The notes under the pieces: model-generated | The model's input: the letters and a program-made list of their open reading frames with translations, nothing else | Told to the model about the DNA's origin: nothing | Database searches by the model: none | Origin: Oligoflexales bacterium | GTDB taxonomy: Bacteria; Bdellovibrionota_B; Oligoflexia; Oligoflexales; CAIYRB01 | Direction: 5' to 3' | Length of the DNA stretch: 64,000 nucleotides | NCBI GenBank assembly: GCA_041736175.1 | Contig: JBGSUI010000056.1 | Location: forward strand, 1-64,000 | In this document: piece after piece, positions 30,601-40,335 of the stretch | Layout of the letters: each line of letters opens with the position of its first letter | Numbering within the stretch: position 1 is the first letter of the stretch | Position numbers and translations under genes: made by a program

Positions 30601-30663
30601 GGTCAGGTGAGAGGTCAACCCTTTGAAGTCTATATGACTACGGGTTTTGACGCGCTTTTTTAG
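27619..30663 (+). CDS. Outer-membrane protein with N-terminal zinc-peptidase-like domain, beta-rich middle and probable Omp85-like C-terminal barrel
   Basis: Signal peptide from ATG 27619; HEYVH plus PAWFIEGLA gluzincin-like motif; amphipathic beta strands in the last ~350 aa; terminal Phe (GFDALF). Confidence 0.65.
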   Translation: MVKFLSKNIFCGLITLILCYCQFMIDQTSYALPIGFGINQGPIRYNEITSNNFLVYLDRRTPQEGFMVMESLEAARNPLELWFGSKRTRPLPVILSAVTENASFANFLTDVLEIQSLGQGPKSLFLHEYVHQGMYRTLDNFLGPIGNIIHLPWLPAWFIEGLADSLALTVGSDGMAGIERYQALSGDWPSYDRLHSLYTSGSFSARGYATSAGMVRFLLKKIGPDRLSLFMHQLRANTMPWWWPVSVVPYLDTMPFDRALKEFAGLNGRDFYELYKKEAKNRWESLPGSFYLEPAVKGQVRPMSVQGPSTFDPRLAPLVQEDGKKGHHGTAALIAAGSIGKSAGWQGDDLEFDDKYDFIVGRSEKAGEGEKTSPVKSDFMPEIEYEYGENYDLFTKFKFKEKIFKRKGFVSNLSQSKTDYIWLETVLSKMSLCLTRKNSLAKNKFHVVCPLQVKMPQSLKVIGGKPVEAEKRNILSTLWLTISEERLTGNVYKLAFFDAATKKITIAAKNFTAPPVDVAFVGADTWLLVSERYRQTLRKVDADLNCQSMILTKDHLLGIRGLDDKNLIMRLYAGSETWARRINPREQPLVPCEIPLAPVSPLEVAMGSAKPIALSVALAGSEIWVDEVKNPNKAEKMLQKEPSSVSEKPLGKAAADKYSIKKQRWRGRPVFLVPWIGAEDALGYQLGVISVPLMDHLQNETIRATVLVGAASRFPYQEVTLTSTRFRPTYNLAVYRQQSYNGQLWIRSTNQIKTSYLDEKGVRIEVSRPLRLGDTKVSLSGGLKVADLKPYLGPSILGRGVLVEPMGSIEFYKTIFDDLGLSTSLSGRVAPKGLNKTWDYNQIGFSSGLSIPLSLWNSSASVGIEGSRTRGIAQRDYAEIYRPLKTFIPGSGGGYNQNNFPIVESGSGLFASQNGDTQGRFKGHWTVPVVPDVDRMFWLIYADRLDFTAFYNYGGAWDGAKPSQGFAGLTSAHGYNLDLQMENKGVRFNMGLGTGQVRGQPFEVYMTTGFDALF

Positions 30664-30689
30664 GTGTCCCAGCATGTCCCAGCAACCTG

Positions 30690-32039
30690 TCACCTATGCT
30701 CGTCCTTAACCAAGGAAGCCCAACTGGCAAGATAGAGCGGAAGATTGAGGCGACCGGTGGTTTGGTCGTAAGATAGGTTTTGAGCACTGATCTTGATCGA
30801 AAGGGGTGGCGCATACTTGCGCACAAATTCGTTAAGACTCTTGGCCTTAGTGCGATGGCCTGCCTTGACCTCTATGGGCACGATACCCTGGGGTGTCGAT
30901 CGAACAAACTCGATTTTTGCTTCTCCTTCCTGCCAAGAGTAGAGTGGTAACTCTCGCTCAGGGTGAGCGGCTCGGAGTTCCTGTGCCGCAAAATTTTCTG
31001 CAAAAAAACCTTTTGCCAATCCGTAATCTTGGCGAAGGATCGTCTCAGGCTCAAGGTCCTGCAAGCACCCGAGGAGTCCGATGTCGTGAATAAAAAGCTT
31101 AAAGAGATTCATTCGAGTAAAGTGTTCAAGGGGAGTTTGTGCCTGATTTACAATCTTTGTTTGGAGGACAATCCCTGCATTAACTAGCCAGTGCAAGGGG
31201 TGCTGCCAGACTGCAAAGCCTTTTTTACCCGACATGACTTCACCAAACTTAAATCTATTGGTTGAGTTGTCGTGGGTACCAGCCAATTGTGAAGGAATAC
31301 TGCGGTAGAGAGCCTGAATATGGGCCGCGTTAAGTTTGCCGGCGTGTTTGGCAAAGTCATTTTCATAGCCCATGATAAGCGCCCGCTGAACTTCACGTAT
31401 TTTTTTTAAATCTTTATTTTGCCCTGCGGGATTCTGGACTAATACTTTGACGGCAGCAGGCATTCCGCCAGAGACATAGTATAATTTTGCCATATCCCAG
31501 AGATAATCGTGTACGGTGACCGAAAGCTTTGCCTTAAGGGAGGGTTTCGGCAAGATCTTCCAAGTCTCACGACCATCGACGGCCATAAGGAATTCTTCGA
31601 AACTCAGAGGATACATATATAAAAAACTTACTTTCCCCACTGGAAAGGATTCTTCAGATAAAATCACACCCAAGAGGGAACCAGCAGCACAGACGGCAAT
31701 CTCCGGGGCGTCCTCGCAAAAATATTTAAGGGACGTGAGTGCTTTAGGTGCCGCCTGGATCTCATCTAAAATTAACACATCAGTGGTCGGATCGATGGTG
31801 GTTTTGAGGCTAAACTCTAAATCTTTTATAATCCGCGTGGTATCGAAATCCTGTTCGAATATTTTTTTGGCGGATGGAGATTGTTCAAAGTTTACGTAAT
31901 GCATCCGCTTAAAGTTTGCCCGTCCCCACTCCTTGAGGATGTAGGTTTTACCCACCTGGCGAGCTCCCTTAATCAAGAGGGGCATTCTATCGTTACGCTG
32001 ACGCCATTCATTTAGATTATCTAATATTTTTCGGTACAT
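30690..32039 (-). CDS. AAA+ ATPase with C-terminal PD-(D/E)XK-like domain (AAA_14 + DUF4143 type)
   Basis: GARQVGKT Walker A, LILDEIQ Walker B, PLSFEEFL, GGMP, ENF..QEL, PIEVKAG. Confidence 0.88.
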   Translation of the reverse strand: MYRKILDNLNEWRQRNDRMPLLIKGARQVGKTYILKEWGRANFKRMHYVNFEQSPSAKKIFEQDFDTTRIIKDLEFSLKTTIDPTTDVLILDEIQAAPKALTSLKYFCEDAPEIAVCAAGSLLGVILSEESFPVGKVSFLYMYPLSFEEFLMAVDGRETWKILPKPSLKAKLSVTVHDYLWDMAKLYYVSGGMPAAVKVLVQNPAGQNKDLKKIREVQRALIMGYENDFAKHAGKLNAAHIQALYRSIPSQLAGTHDNSTNRFKFGEVMSGKKGFAVWQHPLHWLVNAGIVLQTKIVNQAQTPLEHFTRMNLFKLFIHDIGLLGCLQDLEPETILRQDYGLAKGFFAENFAAQELRAAHPERELPLYSWQEGEAKIEFVRSTPQGIVPIEVKAGHRTKAKSLNEFVRKYAPPLSIKISAQNLSYDQTTGRLNLPLYLASWASLVKDEHR

Positions 32040-32198
32040 ATAATTTCTTTATCGTAAATATTCGTCGGAAAAATTCTCGCATATAAGAAATATTAGTACG
32101 AATAAGTCCTCATTGCTAGACTTAATTGGTATTTGTCGATATGGTGGCCCATGGCCTTTGACGGCCAGGCCAGCTCTCAACCTATGGGGATCACACCG

Positions 32199-33323
32199 AT
32201 GCCGAATACCTTTGGACATATGTACCGTATCACCACTTTTGGTGAGTCCCATGGGGGAGGAGTTGGGGTGGTGATCGATGGTTGCCCTCCAGGATACAAG
32301 ATCGAAACGAGCCAAATTCAGGAATGGCTCGATCGCAGGCGACCTGGCCAAAGTCACCTAAGCTCTCCTCGCAAAGAAAAAGACCAGGTGGAGTGTCTGT
32401 CCGGCATAGAGCACGGCATAACACTCGGGACCCCCCTAGCCCTGTGGGTGCGTAACGAAGACCAGGTGCCTGCCCACTACCAAGATATGGAGCAGGTGTT
32501 TCGACCGTCCCATGCAGATTTTACGACCTTTACCAAGTACGGGATTCGTGCAAGCAGCGGCGGAGGTCGAGCTTCGGCTCGAGAAACCATTGGCCGCGTC
32601 GCAGGAGCTGCCGTGGCCGAACAGGTGCTCAAGGTGGTCTTTCCTAAACTCGAAGTCGTTTCTTATGTGGCTTCCGTAAAAGATATAGTGGCAACGGGAA
32701 TTGATTTAGAAACACTGACCCGCACCGCAGTGGAAGGTCATCCCCTCCGCTGTCCGCCCTGTGGCGAGCGGGCGGCTATGGAATCGAGGATTGTCGAAGC
32801 CCAAAAAAAGGGAGATACCGTAGGCGGCACAATCGTCGGCGTGATTCGCGGTGCCCCCGCGGGTTTTGGTGATCCGGTCTTTGATAAACTGGAAGCCGAT
32901 CTTGCCAAGGCTATGATGTCGCTGCCGGCGAGCAAAGGCTTTGAAATCGGCTCGGGGTTTAGTGCGACCCAGCTTTATGGCTCTGAGCATAACGATGCCT
33001 TTGTCAGTAAGACTGAAGGGAGTATCGGAACCATGACCAATCGGTCAGGTGGGGTCCAAGGGGGGATTAGCAACGGCGAAACCATCTACTTCAAAGTAGC
33101 CTTTAAGCCCGTCGCCACGATCTTTAAGGAGCAACTCACCGTCGATTCCCAAGGGAATCAGGTGGTCTTAAAACCCAAAGCGGGCCGCCATGATCCCTGT
33201 GTCCTGCCCCGGGCGGTCCCCATGGTCGAGGCCATGGCCTTGCTGGTGACGATGGATCATTGGCTGCGCCAAGCTGCCCTCAGGGCGGTGGCAGGCCCCC
33301 ATGCGTTTACAAATCCATTATAG
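32199..33323 (+). CDS. aroC: Chorismate synthase
   Basis: [38 protein letters not shown] and GRHDPC signatures. Confidence 0.97.
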   Translation: MPNTFGHMYRITTFGESHGGGVGVVIDGCPPGYKIETSQIQEWLDRRRPGQSHLSSPRKEKDQVECLSGIEHGITLGTPLALWVRNEDQVPAHYQDMEQVFRPSHADFTTFTKYGIRASSGGGRASARETIGRVAGAAVAEQVLKVVFPKLEVVSYVASVKDIVATGIDLETLTRTAVEGHPLRCPPCGERAAMESRIVEAQKKGDTVGGTIVGVIRGAPAGFGDPVFDKLEADLAKAMMSLPASKGFEIGSGFSATQLYGSEHNDAFVSKTEGSIGTMTNRSGGVQGGISNGETIYFKVAFKPVATIFKEQLTVDSQGNQVVLKPKAGRHDPCVLPRAVPMVEAMALLVTMDHWLRQAALRAVAGPHAFTNPL

Positions 33324-34112
33324 GTTGATGTCTTCTAAGCGGTAGAAACCTGGGTTTTGTTGGTGATGCAACCATTCACAGAGTCTAAGGGCCCCCTTTG
33401 CAAAAAGGCTCCGCTGGAAGGCTCGATGGGAAATGGTGACTTCCTGGTCTTCGCCAATAAACCGGATCTCATGCTCTCCGATCACCATCCCTCCACGGAC
33501 TCCGTGGACTCCAATGGTCCCCGCAGTACGTTCTCCCTGGGGATTTTTGACCACTTGTTTTTGGGTGGCTTGGGCGAGACTCTCCGCAAGAAATAAGGCC
33601 GTCCCGCTGGGGGAGTCTTTTTTGTGTTTATGGTGGGTTTCGATGATCTCCAGGTCAAAACCCTGATTGCATAAGGCCGCGGCAATCGTCCTAGCAGCTT
33701 TTAAGATCTGGATAATTCCCAGACTGGTGTTCGGCGCATACAAGATAGGCAAGGTTTGACTCAAGGTCTGCCACCCCGCAAACTGGGATGGTGGTAGACC
33801 TGTGGTCCCTAGGAGCACTTTGGTCTTAAGCTGGGGTGATTTGAAAAGGCTATCGAGCAGGATGGAGTTGCCTTCGACCGACGTAAAATCGGCGATGACA
33901 TGGGGGTGGTCTCGGGTCAAGACAGCGCTGAGGGTTTGCGGGGTGACTAATTTGCCTAAGTTTAGCACTTCGCTTAGGTGGTTTTTGCTAGAGCCTCCCA
34001 GCAGTTGGAAATGCTGGTAAGTGGAGTCTCCGAGAATCTGGGTGATGGCCTGGCCCATGCGACCGGTGATACCATGGATCCAAAGGCGGGTGATGTTGTG
34101 AGGGGTGTCCAT
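33318..34112 (-). CDS. dapB: 4-hydroxy-tetrahydrodipicolinate reductase
   Basis: [45 protein letters not shown]. Confidence 0.95.
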   Translation of the reverse strand: MDTPHNITRLWIHGITGRMGQAITQILGDSTYQHFQLLGGSSKNHLSEVLNLGKLVTPQTLSAVLTRDHPHVIADFTSVEGNSILLDSLFKSPQLKTKVLLGTTGLPPSQFAGWQTLSQTLPILYAPNTSLGIIQILKAARTIAAALCNQGFDLEIIETHHKHKKDSPSGTALFLAESLAQATQKQVVKNPQGERTAGTIGVHGVRGGMVIGEHEIRFIGEDQEVTISHRAFQRSLFAKGALRLCEWLHHQQNPGFYRLEDINL

Positions 34113-34253
34113 ATTTACGAAAAATCTCCCATCTGATTCTAGAGCCTATCATCGATGACAGGCCGTGCTATTCCGACAATATCATTGACTCAACCCATTG
34201 CCCAGGTATACTCAAAAGCCCGCTTAAAAAAGCTGGGCCAGGAGGGTCCATCT

Positions 34254-34718
34254 ATGCATCTCATCCCAGGGAGTCGAGCTCCTTTTTCCATAGAACTAGT
34301 ATCCCTGGCAATCTTGCTTGTCCTACCTTGCATGCTATGGAGTTTCTATTTAGTTCGGGCTAAAAAGCAGTACCAATCCCACAAAAAAATCCAGATATTC
34401 CTAAGCATCGCTATTTTAGCGGTCTTAGTGATTTTTGAAGTCGAAATCCGTCTCTATGGTTGGCGTCAATATGCCGAAGCATCGCCTTACATCGACCGAG
34501 GGTTGATCCCGTTTCTGGTTTTTCATGTCACCATTGCTTCTATCGCGACGGTTTTATGGACTTGGGCCCTCGTCCACGCTCTCAAAAACGTCTCTACCCC
34601 CCCTAAGCCCGGAACTTATAGTGAAAAACATAAAAAACTGGGTAAAGCAGCCGGCATTTTTATGCTTTTAACATCGATCACCGGGTGGACGTTTTTCATA
34701 TTAGCTTTTTGCCTATAA
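34254..34718 (+). CDS. DUF420-like membrane protein
   Basis: Four TM helices, H.K.Q, FH and H.KLG...TSITG motifs; GGAGG supports ATG 34254. Confidence 0.75.
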   Translation: MHLIPGSRAPFSIELVSLAILLVLPCMLWSFYLVRAKKQYQSHKKIQIFLSIAILAVLVIFEVEIRLYGWRQYAEASPYIDRGLIPFLVFHVTIASIATVLWTWALVHALKNVSTPPKPGTYSEKHKKLGKAAGIFMLLTSITGWTFFILAFCL

Positions 34719-34730
34719 GAGATTTCAACT

Positions 34731-35318
34731 ATGGGATTCCATAATTTTTTCGGAAAAAAACGGGGTAAAACCAACTCTACTCAGGGCGCGGTCACAGGCT
34801 GGTCTTATGCCAAACGGGTGCTACGGGATACGATCCTGTTAGGTCTTGTGGTGTTTCTGGTAAGCTGGGCCATTTCATTTAAGTTTACCGGTCGCGCGAT
34901 TCCTAAAGAGGTTTTTTCTAGACACTGGCCGACCCTTTCGGGGTCGCCGGCTGGGAGTGCTGCTCACGGGGAGTTTTTAGTGCTGTTTGTTTTTGCCCCC
35001 TGGTGCCATGTTTGTCACTTGAATACCGGGATTTTTGACCATATGGACAGCCCTCTTTACCGGGTCCAAGGGGTCGCCATGTCCTATGACGATCCAAAAG
35101 AAGTGGACCGGTTTGTCCATGAAACCGGCTTTAAGCCCCAGGTGATCCTGAGTGATCTCCCGCTCGACCAAGCCTTGGGCATCAACCAGTACCCTACTTT
35201 TTTGGTGGTGAGCCCGAGTGGCGAGGTGCTTACGGGTTGGACTGGTTATACGACGTCTCTAGGGTTTTGGCTGCGTATCCAAGCCATAAGGTTTTTAACG
35301 TCCCATAGGTTTAGTTGA
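34731..35318 (+). CDS. Membrane-anchored thioredoxin-fold protein (TlpA/ResA-like)
   Basis: N-terminal TM helix; FAPWCHVC CxxC; YPT cis-Pro motif. Confidence 0.82.
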   Translation: MGFHNFFGKKRGKTNSTQGAVTGWSYAKRVLRDTILLGLVVFLVSWAISFKFTGRAIPKEVFSRHWPTLSGSPAGSAAHGEFLVLFVFAPWCHVCHLNTGIFDHMDSPLYRVQGVAMSYDDPKEVDRFVHETGFKPQVILSDLPLDQALGINQYPTFLVVSPSGEVLTGWTGYTTSLGFWLRIQAIRFLTSHRFS

Positions 35319-35330
35319 GGAGTTTTTCCC

Positions 35331-36365
35331 ATGTCGCTTAAGCTAGCTCAATCAAAAGACGCTCAGAGTGCCTATGGACTTGTGAAAGACCTCCAGGCAC
35401 TTTTGGTTAAAGAGCTTGACAAAATTCCACCTACACCGCCCACGACTCGGTTTCAACCCGTCCACTGGCTTAGGGCCAAAGGGATTTACGGCGGAGGCAC
35501 CCGTTACGTGGCGACTGACTCCACAGTCTTTAACCGCGCATCGGTCAATATCTCCCAGGTGCAGTACGAAGGGGATGGGACCAAAAAACTAAACTCAGCG
35601 ACGGCCATCTCGGCCATCGTTCATCCTCGCAATCCATTTGCGCCGTCCCTGCATATCCATGTGAGCTGGACCGAATTGAAATCAGGCACCGGTTACTGGC
35701 GGATCATGGCTGATCTTAACCCCAGCATCCCCATGGAAGAGGACCGGGACGCCTTTGAAAAAGCCCTTGCCGAAGCTGCAGGAGATCTGTACCAGGAAGG
35801 CCGGGACCAAGGACAACTCTATTTTTATATCCCAGCCCTGGGACGGCACCGGGGTGTTGCGCACTTTTACCTCGAAGAGTTTGCTAGGAGCGACCGGGAG
35901 GCTGATCGGCGTTTTGCCCTTAACTTGGGGTCTAAAGTTATTAGGTGCTATGGGGGGATTGTCACCAAAGCGTTGCAATCACATACAAACTATAGTGAGT
36001 TTGATGAGCGGCAGCAGCTCGATTACCACTCGCTCTATTTTCTCCAGGTTTTGCTCCTCGATCGTGGCACCACATCGGGGCTTTTAGTCCATGACGACAA
36101 CGATCTCGGAATCCTTGGATCGCTTCCATCCCATGTGGATCCAAAGCTTTTGGAGTCCTGGTTGCCTCGACAGCCCCCCCTTCAGCAAAAGCTTTTGAGG
36201 AGTCTTCTCCAGAGTCTTGCTGCGGGGCCAAAAAGTTTGGTCGATGACCCGGTTAAATTGCGGTTGGCCCAAGCCGCGCGGGAGTTTTATAGGCAGCATC
36301 CCGATGCCCAGGATTTGATGGCTAAGGGTAAGACGATTCCGCCCACAGTGGCCAATCATCAATAG
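35331..36365 (+). CDS. Divergent oxygen-dependent coproporphyrinogen III oxidase (HemF-like)
   Basis: GGG.R, VN.S.V, HPRNPFAPSLH, DLNP, YFYIP...HRGV, DRGT..GL, L.SLP motifs. Confidence 0.78.
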   Translation: MSLKLAQSKDAQSAYGLVKDLQALLVKELDKIPPTPPTTRFQPVHWLRAKGIYGGGTRYVATDSTVFNRASVNISQVQYEGDGTKKLNSATAISAIVHPRNPFAPSLHIHVSWTELKSGTGYWRIMADLNPSIPMEEDRDAFEKALAEAAGDLYQEGRDQGQLYFYIPALGRHRGVAHFYLEEFARSDREADRRFALNLGSKVIRCYGGIVTKALQSHTNYSEFDERQQLDYHSLYFLQVLLLDRGTTSGLLVHDDNDLGILGSLPSHVDPKLLESWLPRQPPLQQKLLRSLLQSLAAGPKSLVDDPVKLRLAQAAREFYRQHPDAQDLMAKGKTIPPTVANHQ

Positions 36366-36424
36366 GGTGTGGGAGCTATGATTTCCGACGATTTTCAGCC
36401 GGCGCTGCTCTCACAACAAACACT

Positions 36425-36454
36425 GGGGGGAAACTCCCTGAGAGTACTCCCCCC
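36425..36454. terminator. GC-rich hairpin between the convergent hemF-like and thiolase genes
   Basis: ggggggaaactc...gagtactcccccc imperfect stem; no strong U-tract. Confidence 0.4.
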
Positions 36455-36486
36455 GCTTATTAATACCTCGTCTCCCGAAGCTCCTT

Positions 36487-37665
36487 TTAGGCCAGGAGCT
36501 CAAAAATCCCTGCAGCCCCCATACCCGTGCCGATACACATGGTCACGAGACCCCATTTTTGCTTGTCCCGCCTCATCCCGTGGATAAGCGAGGCGGTCAG
36601 CTTGGCTCCCGTCGCGCCGAGGGGATGGCCCATGGCGATGGCGCCCCCTGTGGGGTTGATGATCGACGGGTTTAGGTCTAGGGACCTAATCACTGCTAGA
36701 GATTGTGACGCGAAGGCTTCATTGAGTTCGATCCTCTGGATCTGGTTGAGTTTGACGCCTGCTTTTTTGCAGGCGATCGGGATTGCCTCTTTGGGGCCAA
36801 TCCCCATGACCCGTGGCGGGACCCCTGCGACGGCAAACCCTGCAAACCGCGCCAGGGGAGTGAGGTTGTGTTTTCTGACAAAATCCTCCGAACAGACAAG
36901 GCACATGGCAGCTCCGTCGGACATCTGGGAGCTGTTGCCTGCGGTGACGCTACCGTTGGCTTTAAAGGCTGGTTTAAGCTTAAGGAGCGCTTCGACGGTG
37001 GTGTCGGTCCGTGGTCCCTCGTCGACCAGAAAGGTGTTTTTTTCTATTTTTGTCGAACCCTGGGGACCAGATGTGCGGGTTTCCACGGCGATGGGACAGA
37101 TCTCATCAACAAAAAGATTTTGTTGAATAGCCATTGCCGCCTTCTTGTGGCTTTGGTAGGCAAACTGATCTTGGTCTTCCCTGGAAATACGGTACTCCAA
37201 GGCGACGTTTTCGGCGGTCAGCCCCATACCTAGATAAAACTCAGGGTGGCTGTCCATGATCGTCCGGCTGCCCACCACTTTGTGGCCCATCATCGGGATC
37301 AGCGACATGGACTCGGTGCCTCCCGCAAGGACACAGTCCATTGCACCAGACTGGACGGCTTGGGCTGCCATTGCGATGGTTTGCAGACCGGAGGAGCAAA
37401 ACCGGTTTACGGTGACACCGGGGACCGACTCCGGCAGTCCCGCTAGGAGGAGAGCAAACCGGGCGACATTCATCCCCTGCTCGGCTTCGGGCATGGCACA
37501 GCCTAGGATAACGTCTTCGATAAGAGCAGGAGGAACCTTGCTCCTCTCGACGACAGCCTTAATTACTTCGGCACAGAGGTCATCAGGCCGCTTGTTGCGC
37601 AGACTGCCTTTAAAAGCCTTGCCAACAGCTGAGCGCAGGGGCGAGACGATATACGCTGCTTTCAT
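36487..37665 (-). CDS. fadA: Acetyl-CoA C-acyltransferase (3-ketoacyl-CoA thiolase)
   Basis: NRFCSSGL, NEAFA, GHPLGATG and CIGTGMG thiolase signatures. Confidence 0.93.
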   Translation of the reverse strand: MKAAYIVSPLRSAVGKAFKGSLRNKRPDDLCAEVIKAVVERSKVPPALIEDVILGCAMPEAEQGMNVARFALLLAGLPESVPGVTVNRFCSSGLQTIAMAAQAVQSGAMDCVLAGGTESMSLIPMMGHKVVGSRTIMDSHPEFYLGMGLTAENVALEYRISREDQDQFAYQSHKKAAMAIQQNLFVDEICPIAVETRTSGPQGSTKIEKNTFLVDEGPRTDTTVEALLKLKPAFKANGSVTAGNSSQMSDGAAMCLVCSEDFVRKHNLTPLARFAGFAVAGVPPRVMGIGPKEAIPIACKKAGVKLNQIQRIELNEAFASQSLAVIRSLDLNPSIINPTGGAIAMGHPLGATGAKLTASLIHGMRRDKQKWGLVTMCIGTGMGAAGIFELLA

Positions 37666-37708
37666 TGGAGTTCTCCCTATAAAAAGTTGATATTAAAGTG
37701 TTTGCAAT

Positions 37709-40138
37709 TTAGTTTCGCAGTGGTTTACCATTTTTAAGCATATATTCGATCCGCTCTGCGGTCTTGGGTTGCTGGCATAGCTCCAAAAAGGTTCTGCGTT
37801 CGAGTTCGAGAAACCACTGTTCGTCGACTACAGACCCGCCGTCGATCTCCCCACCGCAGAGGATAGTAGCGACTTTTTCGCCTACAACGGCGTCATAGGG
37901 AGAAATCTGCTGACCCTCCACCATATTGTACAAGGCGAGCTTAAAGGTCTGGATGCCAGGGTCACCGACGACTTTGATGCCATGGGCCGGGATTTTAGGA
38001 GTATATCCATCGCGACTTAGGGACAATACTTTTCGTTTAGCTTGGGCCAGGGTGTGTTTCGTGGACAAACAAACGTCGGTTGTTTGTGGAAAGAGTCCCA
38101 TGCTCACCGCTTCCTGGGCGGATCCCGATGTCTTAGCCATGCCGATCAGGAGAAATGCCCGTTGTAGAAAGGCCATAGGGTCTGCTTTTTCACCGAAACC
38201 AGCGAGCTGGTAAGCTCGCAAGGCGAGTTCCTTGGTGCCGCCTCCAGCAGGGACGAGGCCCACTCCGATTTCTACCAAACCCGCATAGGTCTCCCCCGCA
38301 GCCACCCGGTAAGTGGTGTGGAGGGCCACTTCACAGCCGCCCCCAAGGACTAAATTAAATGGAGTGGACACCGTGGGGAATGGAGCAAATTTAACCATTT
38401 GCAAGACCCCTTGGAACTCAGCGATCAACTGATTGATGTCCCCCCATTTTTGGTTGCGAATAGACTCAAGGATCATCTTGAGATTTGCGCCGGCGGAAAA
38501 AGCCGGTCCCTCGTTGCCGATCACAAGACCATCAAAGTGCTGGGAGGCTTTGGTGACCGCCGTCTTCATCATATTGATGATATCAAAATCAATGGCGTTC
38601 ATCTTGGTGTGAAACACCAAGCAGCCGACCCCGTCTCCAAGGTCGAGGAGGGATGCACCTTTGTTAGAGTCGACCCGGCGTGGATCTTGGCGGTTTTCAA
38701 AGGGCGGTAAACGAAAGGCCCATGGGGGTGTTTTAACGGGGACCAGTTGTCCTTTCACAGAATCAAAGGCTTTAGTGGGTCCGCCGAGAGCGAGCCACTC
38801 GGGGGTTTGGGGGGTGATGTCGTAAAAGTTGATTCCTGGTTTGACCCAAGAGGGGAGTTTGGCTTCGTCTTTTTGAATGCGGGCCATGACAGCGTCGACT
38901 CCTAGGGCTTGCCAAAGTTCAAAGGGTCCAAGGTCCCAATTAAATCCCCAGCGCAGCGCTTGGTCGATCAGACGAATCTCGCCACCGGCAATGGTCGGCG
39001 CCAGATGGGAGGCATAAAGGAGGAGGTCACGGGTGATGCGCCAGATAAACTGGGCCCCAGGGTCTTGGTGTTCAAGAATCTTGCGCACCCGTTGCACAGG
39101 GTCACGTTCCTTGTCGGTCAGTTCTTCCCAGGGAAAGGTGTTAGGATGTTGGGATTCATAGCTTTGCTGGTCGGGACGATAGGCCAGGATCGCGGTCTTG
39201 CCCTGGGCATCCTTGGTTTTTTTGTAGCAGCCCACATCAGCGGTTTTTTGTCCCAAGGATCCCGATTCGATCAGCTGGACAACCCAGGGCGGCATGGCAA
39301 AGACTTCGCGAAAGGGATCATCGGGAGCCTTGTCAAAAGTATTTCGGGCCACTGCGGCAAAGGTGTCTAGACCGACCACATCCGCCGTGCGAAAGGTGGC
39401 AGATTTGCTGCGGCCGATCAGCGGGCCTGTGAGTTTATCCACGGTTTCGATATTAAGACCGAGTTCTTTCATATGTTTAAAAACTATCTGTGAGGCAAAA
39501 ATACCGACCCGATTGGCGATAAAATTGACGGTATCCTTAGCCTCGACGATGCCTTTACCGAGACGTTCTTCGATCCATTGGGAGAGGCTGTCGAAAAGTT
39601 TGCGGTCGGTCTTGGGGTGGGGGATCATTTCGACAAGGTGAAGGTAGCGAGGGGGATTAAAGAAATGGGTTCCGAAAAACCGGCTTTGATACTCCTCGGG
39701 GAGGTGGCTCACCATATTGACGAGGCTGATTCCCGACGTGTTAGTGGTGACCGGAACATCAGGTCGGGCATACTCTGCGATTTTGGTATGGATCCCTTGT
39801 TTGATGTCGAGCCTTTCGACGACAACTTCGATGATCCAGTCGCATGAGGCCAGGACCGAAAGATCATCGTCAAAGTTGCCCGGGATGATCTTAGGCAGAC
39901 TGTCGGCATCGTAGAGGGGCGACGGTTTGAGTTGTTTGAGGTTCTGTACGGCAAGGACCGCACGGGCTGAGCGGAAGTCTTTGCCGAGGAGACGGGCTTG
40001 GTTTTTGTCGGTAGGAGGGTCTTTAGAAGCAAGGTCCAAGAGGTGGGTACTCACACCAGCAGCAGCTAAGTGGGCAGCGATTTGGGCTCCCATCACCCCA
40101 GCACCGAGTACCGCAGCGCGGCGAATCTTTAGGCTCAT
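37709..40138 (-). CDS. 3-hydroxyacyl-CoA dehydrogenase / enoyl-CoA hydratase (FadN-type order)
   Basis: VLGAGVMG, NTSG, HFFNPP, FIANR at the N-terminus; FSAGANL, GGGCE, LVE.GVG crotonase domain at the C-terminus; upstream of thiolase. Confidence 0.93.
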   Translation of the reverse strand: MSLKIRRAAVLGAGVMGAQIAAHLAAAGVSTHLLDLASKDPPTDKNQARLLGKDFRSARAVLAVQNLKQLKPSPLYDADSLPKIIPGNFDDDLSVLASCDWIIEVVVERLDIKQGIHTKIAEYARPDVPVTTNTSGISLVNMVSHLPEEYQSRFFGTHFFNPPRYLHLVEMIPHPKTDRKLFDSLSQWIEERLGKGIVEAKDTVNFIANRVGIFASQIVFKHMKELGLNIETVDKLTGPLIGRSKSATFRTADVVGLDTFAAVARNTFDKAPDDPFREVFAMPPWVVQLIESGSLGQKTADVGCYKKTKDAQGKTAILAYRPDQQSYESQHPNTFPWEELTDKERDPVQRVRKILEHQDPGAQFIWRITRDLLLYASHLAPTIAGGEIRLIDQALRWGFNWDLGPFELWQALGVDAVMARIQKDEAKLPSWVKPGINFYDITPQTPEWLALGGPTKAFDSVKGQLVPVKTPPWAFRLPPFENRQDPRRVDSNKGASLLDLGDGVGCLVFHTKMNAIDFDIINMMKTAVTKASQHFDGLVIGNEGPAFSAGANLKMILESIRNQKWGDINQLIAEFQGVLQMVKFAPFPTVSTPFNLVLGGGCEVALHTTYRVAAGETYAGLVEIGVGLVPAGGGTKELALRAYQLAGFGEKADPMAFLQRAFLLIGMAKTSGSAQEAVSMGLFPQTTDVCLSTKHTLAQAKRKVLSLSRDGYTPKIPAHGIKVVGDPGIQTFKLALYNMVEGQQISPYDAVVGEKVATILCGGEIDGGSVVDEQWFLELERRTFLELCQQPKTAERIEYMLKNGKPLRN

Positions 40139-40335
40139 TTCAGGTTCCTCCTTGTTCAACGGCATTTGTGTGGAAACAGCTAAGCGTTTTCAAATCATAC
40201 AGCAAAGTCGAGTCAGATTCCAAATCTTTCAAACTTAGTCCCTTGTGATTCTCCTGCAAACGTGACATGGTCACCTCACAACTCCTGAGTTGTGGTTCCA
40301 TGAGCCTCTTAACTTTTTAACACTGAGGCAAATTT

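Noticed and set aside
36527..37126. 199-aa plus-strand ORF and similar long shadow ORFs (7975-8628, 44758-45423, 57078-57653, 59594-60073)
   Set aside because: Antisense to well-supported genes, with no motifs; expected shadows of coding sequence.
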